Source of the DNA: Macrostomum lignano
Lineage: Eukaryota
Direction of reading: 5' to 3'
Assembly (NCBI GenBank): GCA_002269645.1
Contig: NIVC01000134.1
Span: forward strand, 1 to 39,008
DNA length: 39,008 nt
In this document: positions 12,906-23,489 of the stretch, in pieces
Position numbering within the stretch: position 1 is the first letter of the stretch
Layout: every line of letters starts with the position of its first letter
Notes under the pieces: generated by a model
Told to the model about the DNA's origin: nothing
Database searches by the model: none
Seen by the model: only the letters and a program-made list of their open reading frames with translations
Translations under genes and position numbers: made by a program

Positions 12906-13191
12906 GTTTGACTTTTCTGGACATTATTTGAATTAGCTTTTCAGTGTTTTACATCCACGGGCACTAGAATATTTAGATATGCCACTCGCAATTGAAGTTA
13001 TTAAAAAGTAAAGCGTCTACTCTTTTTTTCAGTAGTTTGCCTGCGTAGTGTCACTTAAATTTATTGTGGCAGCTAAATTTTCCTTTCCTTCCTCGAGGCT
13101 TGCAGCCTCAGAAGCATATGGGGTTAAGAATTTGACTCGATGTACGCAAATGAACGCAAGAGAGACGAAACTTAGCCTAGGGGGGCAGGCC

Positions 13192-13360
13192 AAATCTAGC
13201 TCAGTCAATTAGAGAGCAGTAGGAAGCAGGCCCAATCGAGCTCAGCCAATGAGAGAGCAGTATGGAGCAGACCCAGTATGGAGCAGGCAATCTAGCTCAG
13301 CCAATGAGAGAGCAGTATGGAGCAGACCCAATCTAGCTCAGACAATGAGAGAGCAGTAAA
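13192..13360. repeat. Intronic ~41-bp tandem repeat (~4 copies)
   Basis: The unit AATCTAGCTCAGCCAATGAGAGAGCAGTATGGAGCAGACCC recurs with variants. Confidence 0.8.
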
Positions 13361-13429
13361 ATAGGTCAAAGTCAGACACAAGCGGGCAAGAGGAAAGCCA
13401 AACTTGGCCTGGCTTGGGTCTGGCTTTCT

Positions 13430-13720
13430 TAAGATATTGGAGCTGTTTTTCCAGATATTAAATTGGTTTCTCTAGACGTCCCAATTGGTTTCTCTAGATG
13501 TCTAATTTGTTTTTCTAAATATTGAATCAGTTTCTCTAGATATCTAATTAATTTCTCAAGGTATCGAATCTGTTTTTTAGATATCTAATTTGTATCTCTA
13601 GATATCTAGTTGATTTCTCTAGATATGTAAGTTTTATCTCTAGATATTGGATCAGTTTCTTTAGATCTTTAGATTCTTTAGACTTTTCTCACGTTTCTCT
13701 AGATACCGGATTGGCTTCTT
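13430..13720. repeat. Degenerate intronic repeat built on TTTCTCTAGATAT
   Basis: TTTCTCTAGAT(A/G)TCTAATT-like units recur at roughly 20-bp spacing. Confidence 0.7.
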
Positions 13721-13861
13721 CAGAAATTTGACTTGGTGTCTAGCTACATGTATCAGGATTCTCTATATGCTAGAATATTAACCACAGCAAGAGTCTGCCT
13801 ACTCAAATGGCTATTGCTTGAGCAGCTAATTGAGCACGCAGCCCCGCTTCCCCCGTGACAG

Positions 13862-14134
13862 GCTGGCTGAGCTCACCCAGCTGTGCCAGGCGGCCATCGG
13901 CAGCGAGGCGGCTCGCGGGTCTCCAAACGTGTCGGTGTCCCGGGCGGACTTCATGCGGCTCACGCAAGAGGCGTCGCGCCTGCGGCACAGCCTCACCAAG
14001 CAGGCGGACAGCGCAATCAATGATCTCCATCATCAGTCGTTTCTAATACCCAATGCGTTTCTACGCTGCGGCAGTGTTACGCTCAAAGAGGTCGCAGAGT
14101 CTGCCAGAGGACTGGCGTTTCTCAATTTGGCCAA
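13862..14134 (+). CDS. Uncharacterised coiled-coil protein, exon 2
   Basis: The acceptor CTTCCCCCGTGACAG| joins LADR to LAELTQLCQAAIG in frame. The donor CAA|GTTAGT is phase 2. Confidence 0.7.
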
Positions 14135-14167
14135 GTTAGTGAAATCATGATCATGCTGGGTTCCATA

Positions 14168-14250
14168 GGGGCGGAGCAGCTTTGAGGTGAACGCGTCCAG
14201 CTCGCGCCTGCACGACCCCCTGGTTCGATTCCGTGCGCCGCCGCATTCAT
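14168..14250 (+). mobile_element. tRNA-derived SINE-like head (intronic)
   Basis: Starts GGGGC, has a B-box GGTTCGATTCC at 14222-14232 and ends CCGCATTCATTT. It does not form a good cloverleaf. Confidence 0.4.
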
Positions 14251-14486
14251 TTCATAGATATCACGGTACAAGTCGCCAAAAAGTCAAAGAGTCGTCAAAG
14301 AATAACTTTAAAGAGTTTTATTGACTGCGACTCTGAAACGACTCTGGCGCAACAAGTCGTTTGAGTCGTTAAAAAGTCACAAGAGTGGTCTCAGAGTCAC
14401 CAGAGAGTTGTTTGCAACGATTTCATAGCGATCATTGTCACGGTACTGCTTTCAACTGGTAGGGCAATCCGCACTCCCCCCCCCAG

Positions 14487-15294
14487 AGTTGGCCAGCTCG
14501 AGGCCGACCTCGCCGACCTTCACGGCCGCTTGTCCGGCCTCCGGCCGCTGCTGGCCGCCGCCCGGCCGCTGCCCATCGCTGGCGGACCCGCCGAGGCCGC
14601 CCTGACCGCCGGGCTGACCGCCGCTGAGTCGCGCATCGAAGCCGCTGGCGCGCAACTGATAGAGCTCAGCCTCCTGGCGCCCTGCCTGCAGCAGCGCCGG
14701 CCGCTGCCTGAACTCGGCGCCGGCCTCCTCGAAGCCGCCTCTGGCCCGGCCATCGCGCGGCACCTGGCCGACTGCCGCACCGCCGAATCGCGCGCCGCCC
14801 TTGAAGCCGCCCTAAAGGCCCTGCGAAGTCGCCTGTCGGCCGTCGACGCCGAACGCGTCGCTCTGCGTCGTTCAATCGACGAATTGTCGACAAATCGACG
14901 AAAGTTGGACGATTTTTTAGCCTCGACGCTGGCCGGTCTGCGCGCCGGGGCGCGGCAGTTTGGCGCGCACGCCCGCAACAGCTTGGCGCCGCCGCTCGAC
15001 CGCGTGCTCGCCGCACACGACCGCCTGCTGCGCCACCCGTCGGAGGCCTGTCGGGACGCCTTCCTCCGCGTCTGCCGCGACGACCTGCCATTGGCGCGGG
15101 CGGCGCTGGACGCTTGCCGACTGCCGCCGCCGTCGCAAGACGATGGCGAGGCGGAGGACACCGTGCAGGAGCGGCGTATCCGGGAAGCATTCGACGCTGC
15201 GATGCGCGACGATTGGCTGCAGAGAGCGGAGGCTGCGAGGGACACCGAGACGGAGGATGAGGCAGCCGGGGATCCTGACGGGGATAAATGGTAA
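14487..15294 (+). CDS. Uncharacterised coiled-coil protein, exon 3 (Ala/Leu/Arg-rich, acidic tail)
   Basis: The acceptor CTCCCCCCCCCCAG| is in frame (NLAK-VGQLEADLADLHGRLS). It is GC-rich and open for 808 nt to TAA at 15292-15294. That TAA sits inside a possible donor, TG|GTAAAG. Confidence 0.75.
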
Positions 15295-17054
15295 AGAGAG
15301 CTCACCTGTTGATGAGGCTGCGTGGGATGCTGACCGTTGCTGTTTGTGTCTGTTTACTCACTGTACATTGTGTACATGTACAAAGTGGCCAACCCCGCTA
15401 ACTTTTGCACCAGAGTGCATTTCTAAATAATTACAGCAAATAGTAAACTCCGTCCATATTTCATTATCTGTTTTTGTCGAATTTCTACTACTACTACTAA
15501 TAGTAGCTTCACGCGTGTTGTTTAAATAAAAAACAAGAAAAAACTGAATGTTTAGATGAACATTGCACAGTTCCCATATAATGATTGGGGTTGGAATCAA
15601 TTTGCATTGTTAAAATTTTTCATTTAAATAATTAATAATAATAGTTACTATTATGCACATTTAGATGATTTTGCAAGTACACTTGAGACAGGCAGATACA
15701 CAGGGCGTTCAATATTATAATCGTTGATTTGGGCAGCGCTCGCTCGCAGACAAAGGTCGAAATCGACAAGGAAAGACACTGAACACGAGATGAATTATCA
15801 ATTGCTAGAGGCTATAGTCGCATATCCATGGACAAAGAGTTCACTTTCAGCTGTCTATGGCCAAGACAGAAGTCAGTCAAGTTGATAATTCTGATCTTTA
15901 CTGCTTGGAAGTTGATGTTTAAACATGATTTCTATGAGAGGTTGCTGCTGACATCATTCTTTGTGCTGATGTCTATGGGCAAGACCCACACTACCGCTGC
16001 TAAAGGGATACTGTGACTTAACTGAAAGCAACTTGTGCCTAGCCTAGCTCGCGCTCCCAGTTCTTGGGAGTATTGGGGGCTTCTCCAAGCCAGTCCAAAG
16101 TTCTAGCAAACTGGCTGACTGAGCAGCCCCCCGTTGGCCAAGCAACAAATAATGGAATGATTTTTTGAATAAACTAAATGTCGGCAAGCTGATAGGGTTT
16201 GTCAGCCTTGACATCTCAGCATCAGCAATTCTCTCAGTAAGCGTACGAAACCTACCAAATATGCAGTTTAATAGCCTGAACGACAGCTGGGATTTAAGAA
16301 AACGCCAGAGGTGAAAATAAAATTAAAAAAAATATGGAAACTTTCAGTAGGAACTTAAAGACAGTCTTTATTAGAATTAAAATAGCTGCAAAAATAACAA
16401 AAAACCGATCCTGCATTGCTTTGAATTTGCAGTTCGATGTTGTACAAACAAAAAGAATATAACAATATAGCAATGGACGAATGATTCAGCCAACACACGC
16501 TTCCCTGCGAGATAAGAATATTGCACTAGCGAGGATTGCTGTCGCTTAGAACACTTCTGAATACTGTAAGTAATATATTCACCTATTTAAACTACCTGAA
16601 CAGTAGATAAGCTCCTATTATTGACTTTTCGCACGATACTACTTAATAAACTGTATAGTAGCACAGTGCGCCAATTTCATAAATATAATTTTATTGAGCC
16701 AAGTACTGTTAGTATTGACGCTATTGACAAAGTGAGGACAAACATGTTTCACGCGATATGGAGAATGGAGCATTTAATAGCTAGCAACTAACACTAACTG
16801 TTATAGTTTTAAAATCTCCGTTTCCATGGATACGCAGCCAGAAAGCGACTCAACAACGATGCAACAGACGGAGGGGGGATTGAGAATATAGGACAAAAAC
16901 TCGGCACAGCTTGTTAGTTTGATCTGCATGAAAAATTCCCCACTAATGATCAGCAGCTCTTCTGAAGGTTGCATTTAAGTAAGGTGGGAATGAGGATTAT
17001 TGAGTTGGGATGAGGAGGAGAGGGTGAGACAAATATTCGAGGTGCGAGGAGTGA

Positions 17055-17738
17055 GAGACAAAGAACCGACAGGTTGCGACAAAGACCCGATAAGGTGAGT
17101 CAAAGAGCTGATAGGGTGAGAAAAAAGCTGATAGGGTTTGACAAAGACCCGACAGGGTGAGACAGAGCAGATAGAGTGAGACAAAGAGCTGATAGAGTGA
17201 GACAAAGAGCTGATAGGGTGAGACAAAGAGTTGATAGAATGAGACAAAGAGACGATAGGGTGAGACCAAGAGTTGATAGGGTTTGACAAAGACCTAACAG
17301 GGTGAGACAAAGAGCTGATAGAGTGAGACAAAGAGCTGATAGGGTGAGACAAAGAGTTGATAGAATGAGACAAAGAGACGATAGGGTGAGACCAAGAGTT
17401 GATAGGGTTTGACAAAGACCCGACAGGGTGAGACAAAGAGCTGATAGGGTTTGACAAAGACCCGATAGGGTGAGACAAAGAGCTGATAGGAATGATAGAA
17501 TGAGACAAAGAGACGATAGGGTGAAACCAAGAGTTGATAGGGTTTGACAAAGATCCGACAGGGTGACACAAAGAGCTGATAAGGTGAGACAAAGAGCTGA
17601 TAGGGTTTGACAAAGACCCGATAGGGTGAGACAAAGAGCTGATAGGGTTTGACAAAGACCCGATAGGGTGAGACAAAGAGCTGATAGGGTTTGACAAAGA
17701 CCCGATAGGGCGAGACAAAGAGCTGATAGGGTAAGACA
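17055..17738. repeat. 21-bp minisatellite just downstream of the B55 stop codon
   Basis: Units GAGACAAAGAGCTGATAGGGT and TTGACAAAGACCCGATAGGGT are interspersed. It is the source of the spurious SHPISSL/PYQLFVS ORFs. Confidence 0.93.
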
Positions 17739-17804
17739 GAGGCCGAGCGACCGTAGGACAAGGGCGGAACGAACAGACAGAAGTGTCAGCCAGCAGGAAT
17801 CCGG

Positions 17805-18105
17805 TCACCGCGCCCCGGCAATCATGTACAAATTGTTGGTGGCCGCCAGAGCCAAGCAGCTGTCGCCGGGATGGCAGGCCAGGTGGAGAATCTTCTTCTG
17901 CAAGTCGAGACTGTCGGCTGAGACTGGCTCGGCCAGGCCGCCCGGGTTCTGCTGGGGCGCCTTCGAGCCCGACTGGACAACCCGGCGAGGGCGCAGCTCC
18001 GTGCCAGGCGACATGCCGTCTCGGCTGGCCTCCAGGGTGAGCTCGGAGCCCTGCTGCCGGTTGAACACGCGCCACAGGTTGTTGTAGGAGCCGGTGAACA
18101 CCAGC
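17805..18105 (-). CDS. PPP2R2: PP2A B55 regulatory subunit, exon 4
   Basis: Encodes LVFTGSYNNLWRVF...SLDLQKKILHLACHP...ALAATNNLY, the canonical B55 C-terminal WD blades. The acceptor CCCTATCCAG| is phase 2. Confidence 0.93.
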
Positions 18106-18170
18106 CTGGATAGGGTGGCGGCGGGTCAGCCAAACACATTTGATATCCGCCATGGTCCTCCAGACGGTGA

Positions 18171-18566
18171 TCTGCTCCCTGCATCCTGTTAGTCTGCTCC
18201 CTGCATCCAGTCTAGTCTGCTCCCTGCATCCAGTCTAGTCTGCTCCCTGCATCCAGTCTAGTCTGCTCCCTGCATCCAGTCTAGTCTGCTCCCTGCATCC
18301 AGTCTAGTCTGCTCCCTGCATCCTGTTAGTCTGCTCCCTGCATCCAGTCTAGTCTGCTCCCTGCATCCTGTTAGTCTGTTCCCTGCATCCTGTTAGTCTG
18401 CTCCCTGCATCCAGTCTAGTCTGCTCCCTGCATCCTGTTAGTCTGCTCCCTGCATCCAGTCTAGTCTGTTCCCTGCATCCTGTTAGTCTGCTCCCTGCAT
18501 CCTGTTAGTCTGTTCCCTGCATCCTGTTAGTCTGCTCCCTGCATCCTGTTAGTCTGCTCCCTGCAT
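18171..18566. repeat. 22/23-bp minisatellite in B55 intron 3
   Basis: CTGCTCCCTGCAT followed by either CCAGTCTAGT or CCTGTTAGT, in tandem. Confidence 0.95.
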
Positions 18567-18676
18567 TTTGTCTATTCCCTTACTCCTACCCGCTCTTCCC
18601 ACTCTCCCCGCTGCACCTGAGCATAGTATTCGCCTTCAAATAAATTTAAACGAAAGCCGGCAAAGCCAAAGCCTAC

Positions 18677-18812
18677 TTGTCATCTCCAGACCAGCAGCAC
18701 TCGAACTTGTCAAATATGCAGTCGTTCTCGTACAGGGCGCACAGATTCCGTCTGAAATGCTCGTGCACCGGATAGACCTCGATTGGCTTCTTGCACATGT
18801 TCATGTCCCACA
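18677..18812 (-). CDS. PPP2R2: PP2A B55 regulatory subunit, exon 3
   Basis: Encodes (V)[44 protein letters not shown]. Splice sites are ATTTTCAG| and AA|GTAGGC, and the phases fit both neighbours. This exon is absent from the ORF track. Confidence 0.95.
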
Positions 18813-19129
18813 CTGAAAATGGCGACGAGCAAAGGCGGATCTTTAGAAGCTAGAAGATGACCGTTCTAATTAAAAGGCGAGCGAGAGGGGAGAATTGAAA
18901 TAATCCTCAAAGCAGATACATGCAGACAAGTAAAGTGGAAACTCGAATCTGCTTTGCAGAAGAAGCAAATTACGAGCACTCCCCACCTGCTGCCCTGTTT
19001 TTTCCCTGTCTTTTTTGTCGAAATCCCACATCGATTCAGGCAAGGGTGAGGATAGATAGTCACTTTGCACCTGCCCTAACTAGTCATTATTTATTCTACA
19101 AATTCTATCAATTCTTCTCGAGAGAGAAA

Positions 19130-19510
19130 TCCTCTCGATCTCAGAGCTGTCTCAACCCTGATCTCAGAGCTGTCTGAACCCTGATCTCAGAGCTGTCTCA
19201 ACCCTGATCTCATAGCTGTCTCAACCCTGATCTCATAGCTGTCTCAACCCTGATCTCATAGCTGTCTCAACCCTGATCTCATAGCTGTCTCAACCCTGAT
19301 CTCATAGCTGTCTCAACCCTGATCTCAGAGCTGTCTCAACCCTGATCTCATAGCTGTCTCAACCCTGATCTCATAGCTGTCTCAACCCTGATCTCATAGC
19401 TGTCTCAACCCTGATCTCATAGCTGTCTCAACCCTGATCTCATAGCTGTCTCAACCCTGATCTCATAGCTGTCTCAACTCTGATCTCAGAGCTGTCTCAA
19501 CCCTGATCTG
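19130..19510. repeat. 23-bp minisatellite in B55 intron 2
   Basis: Unit ACCCTGATCTCATAGCTGTCTCA with period 23. Confidence 0.95.
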
Positions 19511-19530
19511 AAATCTGTCTAAATCCTGAT

Positions 19531-19928
19531 ATCAAATCTTGATTCCAAAGCTATCAAATCTTGATTCCAAAGCTATCAAATCTTGATTCCAAAGCTATCA
19601 AATCTTGATTCCAAAGCTATCAAATCTTGATTCCAAAGCTATCAAATCTTGATTCCAAAGCTATCAAATCTTGATTCCAAAGCTATCAAATCTTGATTCC
19701 AAAGCTATCAAATCTTGATTCCAAAGCTATCAAATCTTGATTCCAAAGCTATCAAATCTTGATTCCAAAGCTATCAAATCTTGATTCCAAAGCTATCAAA
19801 TCTTGATTCCAAAGCTATCAAATCTTGATTCCAAAGCTATCAAATCTTGATTCCAAAGCTATCAAATCTTGATTCCAAAGCTATCAAATCTTGATTCCAA
19901 AGCTATCAAATCTTGATTCCAAAGCTAT
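19531..19928. repeat. 22-bp near-perfect minisatellite in B55 intron 2
   Basis: Unit ATCAAATCTTGATTCCAAAGCT, about 18 essentially identical copies. Confidence 0.96.
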
Positions 19929-19974
19929 TCATTTTGACCGCAAATCTACTAGCTAAAAAAGCAACACAACTCAC

Positions 19975-20284
19975 CTTTAAGCTGCAAATAATCCCTACTA
20001 AGCAGGTACCGACCGGAATGTGAAAATTTCACATCGCTAATAGAGGAGATAATCTCGGAGAAGAAGGACCGATTAGCCGGGTCGTCAGCCTCCTCGTAGA
20101 TGGCGGCGTGCTGGTCGCAGAGGGCCCGCTGTCGCATGTCGCACAGCCGTACGGAGCCCTTGCTGCTCGAGTACACAAACAGGTGGCAGTGGCTGGGATG
20201 GAACTCGGCCGCGGTGATCACCTCTGTGAGATCTTCCATGTTAGCCGGCTTGATGTCGACTATGTTGTAGCTCTGGTCCGTGAT
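19975..20284 (-). CDS. PPP2R2: PP2A B55 regulatory subunit, exon 2
   Basis: Encodes [30 protein letters not shown]...[31 protein letters not shown]. Splice sites are CCACCAG| and G|GTGAGT. Confidence 0.96.
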
Positions 20285-20369
20285 CTGGTGGGCAGGTGGG
20301 ATCAAATTCCAGAATAAGATTTGAAACATTAAATCCCAATTCTAGGAATTGAACGACAGAATCTCTCAA

Positions 20370-20980
20370 GTTCAGGGATCTGAATCCCAAAGTCCCTATC
20401 TGAATCCTAGAATCTCCTAATTCCGGGGATCTGAATGCCAGAATCTCCTAATTCCGGGGGTCTGAATGCCAGAATCTCCTAATTCCGGGGGTCTGAATGC
20501 CAGAATCTCCTAATTCCAGGGATCTGAATGCCAGAATCTCCTAATTCCGGGGATCTGAATGCCAGAATCTCCTAATTCCGGGGATCTGAATGCCAGAATC
20601 TCCTAATTCCGGGGATCTGAATGCCAGAATCTCCTAATTCCGGGGATCTGAATGCCAGAATCTCCTAATTCCGGGGATCTGAATGCCAGAATCTCCTAAT
20701 TCCGGGGATCTGAATGCCAGAATCTTCTAATTCTGGGGATCTGAATGCCAGAATCTCCTAATTCCGGGGATCTGAATGCCAGAATCTCCTAATTCCCTAG
20801 GATCTGACCTAGGACCCTATGGATCTGAAACTCATAATCCCAATTCCAGGGATCTGAATCCCATAATCCCATTTCCAAGGATCTGAAACCCATAATCCCA
20901 ATTCCAGGGATCTGAATCCCATAATCCTATTTCCAAGGATCTGAATCCCATAATCCTATTTCCAGGGATCTGAATCCCGA
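20370..20980. repeat. 31-bp minisatellite in B55 intron 1, with degenerate ~30-bp flanks
   Basis: Unit TTCCGGGGATCTGAATGCCAGAATCTCCTAA with period 31 over about 20411-20800, decaying to GGATCTGAATCCCATAATCC variants. Confidence 0.95.
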
Positions 20981-21096
20981 TATATAAACAATCTAAATTA
21001 CAATTTAATCAACATAGATTCCCATTCAAGGGATAAAAAGTTGAAATCAAATCATCACAGGGAGCTAAAATCCGACTAAAACAGATACAAACCCAC

Positions 21097-21792
21097 CTGC
21101 AAATGCCAGAGATTCACTCGCAGATCGTCAGCGCTAAGAAAGGTTTCCTGGTCGCTATTAACCGAGATAGCATTGATATGGTAGGTGTGAGCATTGGCAA
21201 ACACCCTTCGAGGCGCCGCTTCCACAACTAACTCGGCCGGAGCATAGCGAGGCAGCCGAAGCTCGGGCCCCTCCGGGTCAGCCTCCGGCGGCTCCATCAC
21301 CCGGTCCTTCTCGCTGACGCGCCAGAGTTTAACAGTTTTATCATTGGTTGACAATAAACAGTGCGCGGCATTCTGACGGGGTAGCCAACGAATTTTATTG
21401 ATTTTCTCTTCGATCTCCAAGGATTTTAAATAGTCGAACTCGGGCTCGTGGCTAGTGAAAGTGGAATAGACATTGTAGAGACCGTTGGAGGCTCGCTGGA
21501 ACACCACTATCCTGCCGCCTTTGTCCCCGGTAGCCAGCAGCTGGCCGGTGTGGTTGAACTCAACGCATGAGATTATATCCTGCTCACTGACCTCCTCCCA
21601 GGCGGTGCCTTTCACCTGCGAGAACAGCCAGCGCTGCGGCGGCCCGGCCTCAGTCGGGGAGGTGCCGTTGGCACTGTCGGCCGGCTGCGATGCAGGCAAA
21701 ACCGGCTGCTGTCGCCGGCTGCTGCTGTCGCTTGAAGAATCTGCCGGATTGCAATGCGGTGGCTTCCATCGGTGCTTGTTGAAGGGCCACAT
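21097..21792 (-). CDS. PPP2R2: PP2A B55 (PPP2R2/twins family) regulatory subunit, exon 1; joined CDS about 480 aa
   Basis: Encodes DIISCVEFN...[32 protein letters not shown] and [30 protein letters not shown]. An in-frame TGA lies upstream at 21810-21808. The donor CAG|GTGGGT is phase 0. The four exons sum to 1443 nt. Confidence 0.96.
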
Positions 21793-23489
21793 TGTTTTGT
21801 GTGATTGTCAAATTTCCTGGCACCTATATATATTTATATTAGTTCTAAACTAATCTTGCTAGCAGCGCCATATCTCAAGGAAACATATCTTATACTTGCA
21901 CAGTGCGAATGAGCTGCCTTCATAAATTTTGCACGGCAACAGAAGCAGACACCTCTAGCCTTCCCCACCCTACTCGCGGCAGCCTTGACCAAGCGTGCGG
22001 CCTCAAAACGAGCGAACGAATCGAAGAATGGCGCGGATGTCCTCACTCTCTTAACCAGAGTTCACCCCTCCCCCGTCCAGACATCCTGCTAGGCGCCTCC
22101 TCTTACTCTCGGCACTGGAGCATTTAGCTCGCCTTCTCGACCCACCTTCCCGCTGCTGGCAGTGGCGCCCAGTGTCCAATTGCTGAGAAGAGGGAGTGAG
22201 CGCGAAGCCGAGTGAGCACTACCCATCCCATATTTTGCGCTGCCCTCTCCTTTGCATCTCATGAGGGCAATGCAGTATTCTTAGTGCTATTAGTAGGTTG
22301 TAATTATTATCGAACATGTGTAGGTGGGAGACCTAACAGCAGGATTAGTGGGGGAAGAGGATTAATTTTTGAAACTTGATGACAGGCTGCATAAAAACTT
22401 TATTCCAAATTAGAATATATTTTTGTTTTATATAATCGATTTTTGGAAAGCTTAATGCAATTTACCTGAGTACCTTTTGCAGTCTCTAAAATGCTAAATA
22501 TTTATTAAGCTAAATAATAGAATACAAAATTTGTTATTGAGTGACTAACTTTTACATCTGCAATTTTATAATTATTGTTGTTTTATGGACTATTGAAAGT
22601 AGTATGACATTAATATAGTGCACTTTTTTGTATAATAAAGTGTTTCAATGATATTTGCTTCAACCTTAGAAGCTTTGTATAAGCATTTCGTTAATAATTC
22701 AATTGGTATAAGATTTCAAAATTTGTCTAATATTGAGAATTTTGTAAATGAATCAAGTAAGGCTAAATATTAATATAGCCTTAAAATTAGTGATCTATTC
22801 ACTATCTAGTAATGCCTAAATGTGCTAGAAAGTTAGATGCTTTAGTTTTGGACAAAACTTTTAATATATATAGGTCTTATATATATTATTATATTGTTTG
22901 CAAGAATTTAATTTATAGAATAATTACTTTTTATACCCTTTTATAAACACTAACTGATGTAGTTTTCAATTTTAGCTTTAGTGCAATATATAAAATCTTT
23001 GAATATGACCACCTTCTGGTAAGTGGTCTGTCTACAAAGGCAATTTTCTCTGATTCTAAATCTGGATATCTTATTCTTTAAGAATGGATTGAATTTTCCC
23101 AATCTTAAGGCTTTTGCAGTTGCTATCTACTATTCAAAATAAATAATGCAAGAAACTTCCTGAGCCTAATTGATTTTGTTTCAACTTAGTAAGTTGAGTG
23201 AGTTAAAAGCTCAAAGGCAAGGACTGAGAAGAAAATGAATTATTTTGCTTAGCCTTCAGCTGCCTTATAGTTGTACTAAAATTTCCTTCATTATTTAAAA
23301 CAAAACTTGGACACTATATATAATATACAGAGCACGCAAAGTATTTTTAATATTTATACAGAATAACAAAATGGTGTAATTTTGAACCATCATTTATGGG
23401 AAAAAAATTCACTAAAAACAAAGCCTATTTCACTACTTAACAAAACTTAACTTAAATACTTAGCTTGAACCCCCAAAGTTTGGTCAAGT

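Noticed and set aside
14452-15430. Several overlapping antisense and alternative-frame ORFs (up to 261 aa)
   Set aside because: They are shadow ORFs of a very GC-rich exon. Only the 14487-15294 frame fits the splice phases.
16975-18153. 392-aa ORF and the PYQLFVS ORFs
   Set aside because: They are an alternative frame of B55 exon 4 running into the 21-bp minisatellite.
17055-20980. CRISPR-like appearance of the 21-31-bp repeats
   Set aside because: The units are head-to-tail with no unique spacers, there are no cas genes, and the context is eukaryotic introns.
22163-22170. TGGCGCCC primer-binding-site-like octamer
   Set aside because: There is no adjacent LTR end or gag-like ORF, and the match is too short.
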